Shown here piece by piece: positions 52,571 through 64,000 of a stretch of 64,000 nt of DNA. The translations under genes were made by a program, and so were the position numbers. The stretch's first letter is position 1. Each line of letters begins with the position of its first letter. The notes beneath the pieces were generated by a model, which saw only the letters and a list, made by a program, of their open reading frames with translations, was not told the DNA's origin and ran no database searches. This DNA is from Octopus sinensis (lineage: Eukaryota), in assembly GCF_006345805.1 (NCBI RefSeq), contig NC_042998.1:119908001-119972000 (forward strand). The letters run 5' to 3'.

Positions 52571-54083
52571 CTATAGAAACAGAGAAGAGAAAAAAAAATA
52601 AATGGCACATTAGTAGGTAATTAAAATTATAAATATTAGCAAGTCATTAAAGCATAAACATAAATGTAAGTAGGAGTGGAGAAGTTGATAAAGATCTTAG
52701 GATAACAAAAATATAAACAGTAAAAATAGAAAGATGAGTGGAATTAAGGTGTTGACTTTAGAAATAAATTAGCCTGCATATACATTGTTTTAATTTGTCA
52801 CAAAGAAAAAAAAACATAATTACATTAAGAAGGAATTAATCTTACTACTTATAAAATTGAATTGGTTGTTTGTCTATGTATCATGAAGGTAGAAAAAGGG
52901 CGTAGCTAGTGTTTAAGAAGGGGATGGAAAAACAGAGTAGTCATGAGAGCAAGAAGTGATCTCTCTCTTCTTTCCTCACTTTATCTTACATATTTCATTT
53001 TCATTCCTATTTCATCTCTCTTCTTTCCTCTAAATATCTTCTTTATTCCTCTCTCTCTCTCTATCTATCTATCTATCACATCCTTATAAATCACTCAATG
53101 TTTAAACTGAAACAATCCAGAAATAACCAAACTATTCTCATCTTTTCAATTCTGAGTAGATGACAACTTTTTTTTACTGAAGAAAAATTTAACTAAAATT
53201 TGTGTAGATTCCTTTTGAATTAGTACATCAGTTTCATGAGTTGATGAACTAATAGTAAAAGAATTTCCAAATTTTCAAGACCCCCACCTCCCAACAAAAC
53301 TACAAATGCTTGCATAAAAAAAAAAAAAAATCACTTAGCAGAAACCAATAAGCTTTCACACTTCATTTCAAGAAATTCAGAAACTTATAAATCTACAGAT
53401 ATGGTTATTAACCCTGCAAGGTTGTCTACTATATTGCTGAATTCTTAAATTATTTGGAAACTACTAAACTTCTGCCACATTGACTTGTTAAAAATAAGAG
53501 CCACCTTCATACACCTACCTTGGTTATATATAATGGTATTTGATCAGCAGTTAAAGGATTAATATCTCACACTATTCAGGATACTATTTTGACACATTGT
53601 TTCATGGGAGAAAATGATTTCATGTCCAGAATACCCATGAAACCATCTGATTCAGAAATACCTCTTGTATGCAAAAAGCTTACAGAATCCAACAAAAACC
53701 AAAAACCCCCAAAAAACCAACTTAGCTTTTCAGTGTCCACGAATAAATCTCAAGGACAACATTTTTTATCTGTTGCTGGGCTACAACTGGAAGAACATTG
53801 CTTCTTTCATGGGTAACTTTATATTGTGTGTGTAATATTGTTGATAAGGAAATTCTGGATTTACACAGAATAGTAATTAACAGGAACCAATAAGATAGTT
53901 AAGAGAAAACACAGTATCAAAACAAAAACTGGGATGCCTACAAATAATACACGAGTTCATACAACATAACAAAACCATTTTATCTAGAAACAATGTAACA
54001 CAGGATAGCTACCAAAGAAGCCACTACATGATCTCTCTAACTGACAGAAATAACAGCCAGATCATCTTCAAAACACATTACTA

Positions 54084-54307
54084 TTGGATTGGTGCATAAT
54101 TATTGCGGCTTTTTTTCTCAACAAAAACAACAAGATGTAACAAAAACATCTTTAAATGATTATTCCGGAGCATATTCACCATCTACTTCAATTACTACTT
54201 CCTATTTGCTTGGCAAACAGTCAGACCATCATTAAAAAATGTTTTCATTAAATATTGTTATTGCTTTTGTTGAATAAAATAGCCATAATAATTATGTACC
54301 AACCCAA
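54084..54307. mobile_element. Mariner-derived MITE/deletion derivative (224 bp)
   Basis: TIRs TTGGATTGGTGCATAATTATTGCGGC and GCCATAATAATTATGTACCAACCCAA, flanked by TA. The interior resembles the transposase C-terminal end. Confidence 0.8.
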
Positions 54308-57300
54308 TACTACTTTATGCATATACTGCTAGATTTGGTATAAATAGTCAAATCTGCCTAAAACTACACTCTACCATTTTATGCATGGGGGAGTGTATGT
54401 GTGGTTTAGAGTTCAGTCCTGCTGTGTGGTATCTTGTGGGCATGTCTTTTACTTCAGTCTAAGCTGGCCAATACCTTGTGAATGAATTGGGCAGACAGAC
54501 ATTGCACAGAAGTCCATCAGCTCATCATATATATGATGATGATGCAATATATGCATACATATATATATACATACACACATTCATACACATACATACATAC
54601 ATACATATATATATATTTCATCTTTTAACTAGGGCCTCTGAGATTACATACAACAGAATGGATTCTGCTAAAGGCATCTAGGGAACCAACTGGGGTGTTA
54701 AATCAGATGATGGATAATACTACAATGGATGTATATGCCTGCATGTGTGGAGTGTGTTTGACTCTCATGGCCTGACAACCAGTGCTCGTTGGCTTGCATC
54801 CCTCTAACTTGGCATTTCAGTAAATAGTAGTTGGCAGTCATCGATCTTGAGAGACCATGGATCTGTTCCCACCAAAATTGTGTCAGCTGCTGATGGTGGT
54901 GCAGCATCTGCTGTGTTTGTGGAGGACTACATGGGAATGGCAGTCATGCATATAGCGACTGCATTTGAAGGAGCTCTCTGTCAGTGTTACTGTTTTTTCC
55001 TTCCGTTGAATGTGCTTTTCTTTGGTGGCGAGTTCCTGTTTTTCTTCCCCTCACTTCATTCCCTTTTGCAGAATTTGTCTCCATAGTGGGCGACCATTTT
55101 GCAACCTCCTCCCATCTCAGGACATCCAAATCAAGTGAAATACAGTTAAATAAAATAAGGGCCAGACTTAGAAAAGCACTGGAGTTGATTTAATCAACTT
55201 TCAAGGCAGTACCCCAGCATGGTCACAATCAAATAACTGAAACAAAAGAATACACACATGCTCCAACAAGGGACCCACTAGGTAACAACATCTTCAACTC
55301 ACACCATGCTATCTAATGCATATACATATGTACAAATGAGGGAGACCTCTGTGTGATAGCTAAACATGAGAGAAATGGCAATCTTCAAATAAAAGCCTAC
55401 TCTGCCACAACACATGGGCAGAGCCACATACTTCTGCCAGTTTATATAAAATTTATTTAAAAAATGTCATTAAAAAAAATTACGTTTTTGATGTTTTTTT
55501 TGTTGTAACAATATCTCAAAAAAAATTCAAGTCTTTTATTATTTATTTTATAAATAAAGAAATATCAAGTTATTGATGTTCATCTCCAGGCCTACCTTAG
55601 TCAAAGACATTCCAGCCATGACCAGCCAATTTTTTTTTTCTATTCAACTATAATGTATCTAGAACTAGTAACATGTCCTTTTTACAATGGTAGAATAATT
55701 TGGCTACTTTTTCAATAAGTGGCCATGCAAAGGCACTCTTTTTCAACTAAGTAGATTGGTTTAGAAATTAGAACTAAAAAATATCAGATATTCTTCTGTG
55801 ACAATGGAGGAAAAACTGTAAACAACTGCTTTTTGCTACAGATCAGTTGTGATTGAACAAACCTTTAATCAAAGACATATCAACCATGAATCACCCAGCT
55901 TTATGTATATCGCCTACCATGTCTCAACTTTTCCCCAAATTGTGGGCTGTCTGATTTGAGGGAGGGTTGGCTGTTATTTCTAGCAGGTGGAATGACTGTA
56001 GATTCAGTTGGTTAATCATATAGATATGTAAATGGATGCAGATTCAGAGACAGAAGAAATGAGACAATGTAACATTAATACCTTGCTCAAAAATCTTAGC
56101 AACAAAATATTAAATACAATATAAAATAAAGATAACATCATATCAAGAAAACAAAAGCAAGCTACAGCACAGTTCACCCCAGCTTTAATCAAAATGGTGA
56201 TGGTAGTAAAATGAAAAATTTCTTCACAATTAGTGGGGGGAGAAGCAACAGTTAGCATGAACAACGAGTTGATCAAGTCATTTTAGAAGTGCTCAGACAG
56301 ATCTTATATGCAAATGTGTGATTAAAATTGCATCGTTGACTTGGCATATCAAGTTTAATTTCATTTGAATATTCATATGTTAACAACTTCAATCAAGTAA
56401 TAAGATTTCCTTTCTAAAATATCCACACATAGCAGCAAACTGGAGTTGAAGACTAGGTTTTATTGTTTGTTCTTAATATTGGACTGACACTAAAAAGGTC
56501 AAATCTGAATTAATTAATTTCTTTTTCGTTTTCTTCTTGCTTAATTTCAAATGACACTCACTGAGGCACAGACATGGCTGTGTGGTTAAGAAGTTTGCTT
56601 CAGAACCATATGGTTTCAGTTTAGTTCCACCATAAGGCACCTTGGCCAAGTGTCTTCTACTACAGTCCTGAGAAGACCAGTTGTCTTGTGAGTGAACTGC
56701 TAGACCAGAAACTGAACAACGTCCACTGTCTGCATTTGTGTGCCTGCATGTGTATGTGTTCATGAGTGTGTGAATATGCACACACACAATCCTGATCTCT
56801 AATCATCTATTACACTCTTTTCACTTTACTGATCTGCCCACCTTTCTGTTCCTCTACCCCTGTCCTCTCTCATATTCACCGTGTACCTTGACCTCACATT
56901 TTTCTCTTTCTTTCCAGATAGAGAAGTCATATATTCACCTCTTCAGCAAAACACCTTGTCCTTCTATCATACTTTCATATCCCTCAGTTATACCCTAACT
57001 CAATTGAAGAGTCTTATCTTCCAAGTACTTGGTGACCAAACCAGCAAACAAAAAAAAAAGCACCCAGTACACTGTGTAGTGGTTAGTGTTAGGAAGGGCA
57101 TCAAATTGTAGAAACCATGCCAAAGTAGAAATTGGAGTTCAGTGCAGCTCCTTATGGGCTGTCAGTTCATGTCGAACTATCTAACTCATGCCAGCAAGGG
57201 AAAATGATGATGATATATGAGTGGATTTGCCAGAAAGAAACTGAACAAAGTCCATCGCATATGAGTACTTGTGTGCGTGTGTGTGTGTGCGCATGTGTTT

Positions 57301-59282
57301 ACATTGGCACTTCTCTGAAAATTGCTAAGCCACAAGCAATAACATTGTTATAATTTCCCTCAACAACAAATCATCTGCAGATTCAGCTGTAAAACAATGC
57401 CTCAATAATATATTCATGCAACCCATGTTAGAATGGAAAAAAAAAGCAAATGTAGAAACAAATGAAAAAATTCCCAGCCGGTAGAGTTGATAGAATGTCA
57501 GCAGTCTGTTGCCTAAAGGGAACATGGTTCATATCTCAACATAAATACTACAGAGTATCTATACCCATGGCCAAAATATTCACTTTCATTGCTCCCAGCA
57601 GACTTGCTGCAGATGGGTGCCAAAAAGTGTTGCAGCCTATAACTATAACTGACAAATGTCCTGAATTGCAGCTTATGCAGTTATTATTTAGTGCTAGATT
57701 ATTCCTAACTGAATGAATCTATGATCAAAGACATAACAATTGTGGCAAACCAGAGATTTTCTAAAAAACTTTTTGAGCAGTTTATTCAGAACTGCATTAT
57801 CCAATGTGTACTTCTATTTTTAAAACAATAGATAACCTGCTATTTCTAGCAGGTTGAGTGATCATTTAGATAGAGGCTCTCTCATTGGCTCTAGGCTATA
57901 TGAAGAAGTAATTATTTGTCTCCAGATCAGCTCTGATCTAACAGACCTACAAAAGTGTTCAGACAATGAATATCTAATTTTTTTTTGCTTTCAATCAGAA
58001 TGTATTCAGGACCAAACATGGACAGTAGCAATAAGATTTGATAAACATTTGGCTGCTATTTCTAGTAGGCTGACTAACTACATAGAAGCTTCATCACTCG
58101 TTCATCAACCAATGTAAAACAGCCATTGTTGGTGGCTTTGGTTAAGGAAACTTAAGCAATTCCCTACCAAACTATTGATTCACTATTGATTACATTTCAG
58201 AGAATGTCTGGTGAAAGTGTGGTCTTGGAAAGAACAGGAAATGGCTTTATCTACATCAACACTGATAGTTAAGAATAAAGATCAGAGTAATCCATGGACA
58301 TCTTGATGAGTTATTGATTATCATCCAAGTAACTGTTTGGGATTTATTTAATCCATCAGATTGCAATAGTCAAATATTGTGATAAGATATGAAAGTTACA
58401 TTCTGAAATGGATACAACCTTGTCTGAACTGGTAGGAAGACCACAGTCAGAAATAGATCTATATACTGTGAGTGCATATAGTATGTTATCATCATCGTCA
58501 TCATCCTCATTTAACATCCATCTTCCATGTTGCTATGGGCTGGACAGTTTTACAGGATCTAACATGTCAAAGGACTGCATTAAGCTCCAGTGTCTGTTCT
58601 GGCATAGGTTCTACAGCTGGATACCCGTCCTAAAGTCACTAGAAAGGTTGCCATATAACTCATAAGACAAGTGGATAATAGTAGAGGGGGCAGCGGATTT
58701 ATGCCAGCAATTGAGAGGCTAATGTATAATAGAGGGGATAGACACAGGAGACACATGGCTACCCCACACTATATAAGGGTGCATGAGAGTAGTTGGAAAG
58801 AAGTCAGTGATGGCAGTAATGAGGTGTCAGGATGTATTCTCAGGATAGAAAGAAGGTGAGTATAAGAGAGGCTACAAACAATTGGAAGCAGTTGGTGGGT
58901 AAGTTCATTAGTGTGAGAGGAAATGACAAATAGTTAGCAGTGGGTTTATATGGATGTCGTGAATGGAACAAAAGTGGTGTGGTTGATGGTAGATATCAGT
59001 ATGGAAGCAGGAAAAGTGGTTGGAGAAAATAAGTGACAGTAGAGGAAGGGAAGAGAACAGTAGTACATTAAACCTGTAAGGAGATGAGAAAATATGGAGA
59101 TGATGTGCAGAGAAGGGGTGGGGGAGGGGAGGTGTAGAGTGAAAGATGTGGATGTCAGAGGTATGTAGGAGTGGCTATAGTGAGTGGGGTACAAGGACAT
59201 CCAGTTGTAGAAAATTGGCCTCAACAAATTCTGTCTGCTCCATGCAAACATAGAAAAGTGGACATTAAACATTGATGAAAAT

Positions 59283-59317
<35 letters not shown>

Positions 59318-60819
59318 GATATAAGCATGGCCAAGAGGTCAAGTTACTTTTGCAATCATGATGTCCTGTGCTTGATTACCATGTATGGCATCTTGGGCAA
59401 GTGCCTTGGGTTAATCCAAGCTTTGTTAGTGAAACTGGGTTGACAGAAACTGTACCAATAATTCAAAGGTCCAATCTAGTCACACAAAGTCATGCTGATT
59501 CTATTTGAGAATTATGTTAAGGGTGCACATGTCTGTGGAATATTCAAGCAGGGTACATGCTAATTCAGTGAGTAGGGAGTTGAGTTGATCAAACTACAAG
59601 ATGATCATACACTGCTCTCAAAGGGAGAGTCCATTATTACTGTGCACATGCATGCACACATACACATTGAGTAGAAGATGATTACAAAATTTCTTCATTT
59701 GCTACACAAGGAAGAATTCTGTGAGCAGTGGCATGTAAAGTGATGCAGCAATGTGTAAGGTACTAGCAAGGTATTGCAGCAGTGTGTACTACCTTGCACT
59801 TTTATATGTGTAAGATATACATTGCATTGTTGCACAACAGAATTGATATCCTAAAACCACAGTGCAATGGCAAAAACACTGATTATGATGCCATGTAAAA
59901 AGCACCGGTGATGGTGCCATGTAAAAAGCACCGGTAATGGTGCCTTGCAAGAAGCACCCAATACAGTTAGTAAAGTGGTTGGCATAAGGAAGGATATTCA
60001 GCTGTAGAAACCAAACCAAAATAGATTATGGAACTTGGTGCAGCTCCTGGCCTTGCCAACTCCTGTCAAGCCGTCCAAACCATGCCAGCATGGAAAATGA
60101 ATATGATGATGATCATGGTGTCATTTCCTGTTTTACATTTAAAATTATCTATTATAAAAAATGCAGGTTATGTATACAACAGTCAGTATAACAGAGTACA
60201 TGCAACATTATATGAAAGCCAGTCAAACAGGGTACATGTCTATTTATATATGACAATCAAGGTAGCCCGTCTACCAGGGTACATGCATTATTCATTATAT
60301 GACAGCCAGACTAAAAGAGTATGATAAACCAAAGTATAAAGAAATATGTAACCTCACAAATATCTTACTAAGACCACAATAACACTCATGTCTACATTTA
60401 CTTTCAGAACTGACAACTCAAAAGTCTTTCATTTAATGACTGAAATTTCTCAAGATACTGGGACAAACTTTCACCTTTCCATGTTATACTCCATTACATT
60501 CAAGACTGCATCTTAGTATACACACTGCATTCCAAACTAGACTTTCATATACCATTGCATTCCACAACTTAATACACCCCATTACATTCCACACTGCACC
60601 ATGGTGAGCCAACAAAGGAGCCAATCTCCCTCAAATTAAAAAAAGGACACATTAGGCATGACTATGTGGTTAAGAAGCTTGCTTCCCAACCATGTGGCCT
60701 TCAGTTCAATTCCACTGTGTGAAATCTTGGACAAATGTCTTCTATTATAGCCCTGAACCAACCAAAGTCTTGTGAGAGGATTTAGTAGACAGAAACTGAA
60801 AGAAGCCTACTCGTTGTAT

Positions 60820-62712
60820 ATCATCATCATTTAACATCAGCTTTCCATGCTGGCATGGGTTGGATGGTTTGACCGAGGGCTGGCAAGCCAGGAGGCTGCA
60901 CCAGGCTCCAATCTGATCTAGCAAGGTTTCTACAGCTGGATGCCCTTCCTAATACCAACCATTGCGAGAGTGTAGTGGGTGCCTTTTATGTGCCACCAGC
61001 ATGGGGGCCAGTCAGGGGGCACTAGGAATTTCTCCTGCAGCTGTCTTACCAGAAATATAACATCAATGGTGCTTCTCCCTGGTACAAACCCAAACTGCAT
61101 CTCATCTAAACTAACTCTCTCCCTAATTAGTTGGGCTATGACCCTCTCTGTGACTTTCATCACCTGATTCAACAATTTGATACCTCTGGGTATGACTCCT
61201 TCATGTATCACTTGGTTGACTACATGGGTGACTAGACTATAGCCTACACCACCAGGTATTTTAGCCATCTCAGCAGTACCTTGGTAGATAAAGCAATTAA
61301 GGGTATGCAGACAGGGAAAGCCTGATGGGCCAGGGGCTTTCCCTGTCTGCATACCCTAAATTGCTTTATCTACCAAGGTACTGTCAAATCAAATAGTTGG
61401 GTAGACATTTGGTAGACTCTCTTTCTCCCATTCATTCTCTTCATTTAGCAACCTTTCATAATGGTGTCTCCAATTCTCTCTCTTTGCAGCATCATTAAAT
61501 GCAAGTGAGCCATCATCCATGTGGACACATTTCTCTCCTATGACATCACGATTCTCTCTCACACACTGTCTAGCAATACGAAACACTTCAAGTCTGGCTA
61601 AGTAAACCTGTCTCCAAGCTTCCCTTCTGGCAATCTGATACAGTTCCCTGCTACCACCACACTTTCAGTCTTTCCATGTCTGTTTCTTTTCCTGAATGGT
61701 CCTGTCAACTGCATTGTTCCACCACCACATTACCTTAGGTTGAGAGGGGACTTTGCACCAAACACAGATCTGGTCAGTAGCCCTCAACAGGTTGTCCCAT
61801 AGGAACCTTCAGTTGTCCTCGACATTATGTAATACTATATCCTGCTCTTTTTCATCAAAAGCTTCAAGTAATACACCTCTAAATCTCTGTCCATTCAGAG
61901 AATGCTTAAGCTTCCAAACACTTTTCCATGCTGGTCATTTTCTGGGCAGCCATTTAGCCCTGATTTTGAAGTCACTAACTACGAACCTATGTTGTGGGGT
62001 GCATTCTTCACCTGGGAAAGTTTTGACATTTATAAGTAGCCATCTTTCCTGTTTACTGGTGAGAATGTTGTCAATCTAACTAGTGTACCCACCAGACTGG
62101 TAGGTGAACAGGTGACTGGCAGGTTTCCTCAAGTCAGTATTACAGATCAGAAGATCATTTGCATGCCTGGTTCCCTCACTGCAGGAACCAAATCTGTTAC
62201 CACCATGTACGCCATGGAAGCTCCCTAGATGTTGTCCAACATGCCTGTTGAAGTTGCCAGCCACAAAGAGAAGGTCCCTGTCATTTGTCGATAAGGTGGT
62301 CTGCAAGATGGTGTCATAAAACCAATCTTTCTGTTCATTAAATAGCCCTGGCTGAGGGGCATAAGCCAAGATAATGGTTGCTAATCCATGTTGCAATACT
62401 AGTCTAAGCTTAAGTATTCTATTACAGACTTTGACTACCTTGATTACCTTAACCCATTTCTCCACAGAGACTATACCCATGCCCTTAACCCCATCAGTGT
62501 TCCCTACCCTAAAGATCTTATACCTATGTTCTTTGCCTGTGAGGAACCTAGAAGGACTTTCTCTCTACCTTAGTTCTTGGATGCAGCACATATCTACATG
62601 TCTGCTTGATCATGAGCATGTTGTAACCGAACTAGTACTACTACTAATAATACTTTCTACCAGACCTACCTTTCAATGTGCCAACTCTGAGGGTGTGAAA
62701 GGTGTGGACTGA
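60820..62712 (-). mobile_element. Internally deleted RTE LINE of the same family
   Basis: The endonuclease and RT N-terminus (to 'FLVRQLQEK') are fused directly to the 3' tail near 61005. It contains an inverted duplication at 61274-61383. Confidence 0.88.
61274..61383. repeat. 49-bp inverted repeat (1 mismatch) with 12-nt loop
   Basis: Left arm 61274-61322 is the reverse complement of right arm 61335-61383. Confidence 0.95.
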
Positions 62713-63079
62713 CTATATATATATATATAGTTGAAATTTATAGACAAACAAGACAAAGACAGGTATATTAGTTTGACACTCGGGGGGAAATGAAAAAAGT
62801 CTTTTATATTTCAAGTCGAAGCTTTTCAACAGAAAAGAATCAGAGAAAATGGAAAAAAACTTGTGTTTGTCCCTGACACTGATTAATGACTGGTGTTCAT
62901 TTATTTCTACCCTCATGACTTACCAATTCAGCAAAACAGACCAACAGAATAAGTACAAAGCTTTAATAAACAAGTACTGCTTGACTAAACTCTTCAAGAT
63001 AATGCCCCACCATGACCACAGTTCAATGACTGAAACAAGTAAAAGATAAACTATAAAGTAGCTCTACATACCCTTGAAA

Positions 63080-63366
63080 AGATAGGATGGTCATGGTGGG
63101 ATCTATGGATCCCTTTGATTACTATACTATTCTGGTGGATCCACATAGCTATTTGATGTTTAGAAACTGGTTTATAGATATTTCTTTCAAAATTCCTATT
63201 TTGTTTTCCATACATTAACATGTATGGGTTGAACAACTCATGTATAAAATTTTAGAAAAAGAAACTTAGCTGTTTCTTGCAATAAATACATCTAAATCAG
63301 AATTTTCTATGGACCCTTAAAATACTGTGGATCCCCAAGGGTCATATGGACCCTGGTTGAGAACCT
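63080..63366. mobile_element. Possible hAT-type MITE relic
   Basis: GGACCC/GGATCC-rich imperfect inverted ends, with ...GGACCCTGGTTGAGAACC at the right end. Confidence 0.3.
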
Positions 63367-64000
63367 CAAAGGTCCAATGATTCCAATAATCAGTGTTGAG
63401 CTAAGCCACAAACAATACACCATCATATTTCACAATGCTGCATCATACATGCCATGGTCTACTACACTGTGTAACTCTAGCAGCCAAATCTCTCTTGAAA
63501 TGCTACCCTCTTATATAAGGAAAGGACTCATAAGATAATACAGTTCTAGATATCCATAAAAAGACAGGTTGTTTACAGTTAGAATGCTTTTGGTCATAGG
63601 TCTGTTCAGAACAATCCTGGGGCTAAACAACCAACACAACATCATGGTTATACCACTGTATTCTACATTGTAGTCCACCACACTATACCATACAAGGTAC
63701 AGACTTTTTGCTTCCACTGTATATATCCTAGGAATTATCAGGAATATCAATTATCAGCTTTAATTATCCTTTGCACAAAAATTCTTGGCAATTCTCCCTA
63801 CAACACAAGTTGCTCTCATTCTTTTAACAAATCTAAATTAATTATTATTATTATTATCAGGGTGGTGAGTTGGCAGGATGTTAGAGCATCAGAAGAAATG
63901 CTTTGCAGTATTTTTTTTCTGGTCCTTTAGCTTTTGAGGTCAAATCCCACCAAGGTTGCCTTTGCCTTTCATCCTTCTGTGATCAATAACAAAATATACC

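Noticed and set aside
52571-64000. LSM5 exon 1 (expected M...LLPL-E)
   Set aside because: A manual scan of - strand donors found no matching segment. It is presumably beyond the window.

Overview
This is eukaryotic, AT-rich, microsatellite- and SINE-dense DNA. The repeat complement looks like an octopus (coleoid cephalopod) genome, which is an inference. Two convergent intron-containing genes are present. On the + strand are the last nine exons of TRAPPC10 (649-24139), which I could splice in one consistent frame through to the stop codon. On the - strand are exons 2-5 of LSM5 (52570-30929); exon 1 was not found in the window. LSM5 intron 2 has a U12-type (minor spliceosome) 5' splice site and branch point. 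The introns hold RTE and CR1 LINE copies, mariner/Tc1 and hAT DNA transposon relics, MITEs and many SINEs. The most unusual object is a very young, non-coding array of about 810-bp units (3 full copies plus 116 bp, 8536-11080) in a TRAPPC10 intron. On the - strand each unit carries all hammerhead-ribozyme core motifs with perfect stems I and III, but in a non-standard (non-circularly permuted) order. This suggests a Penelope-type retrozyme. Also notable are a 49-bp fold-back hairpin inside an RTE copy, and a PHD-like finger preceded by an in-frame TGA shared by two RTE copies. Almost all short ORFs in the supplied track are artefacts of repeats.
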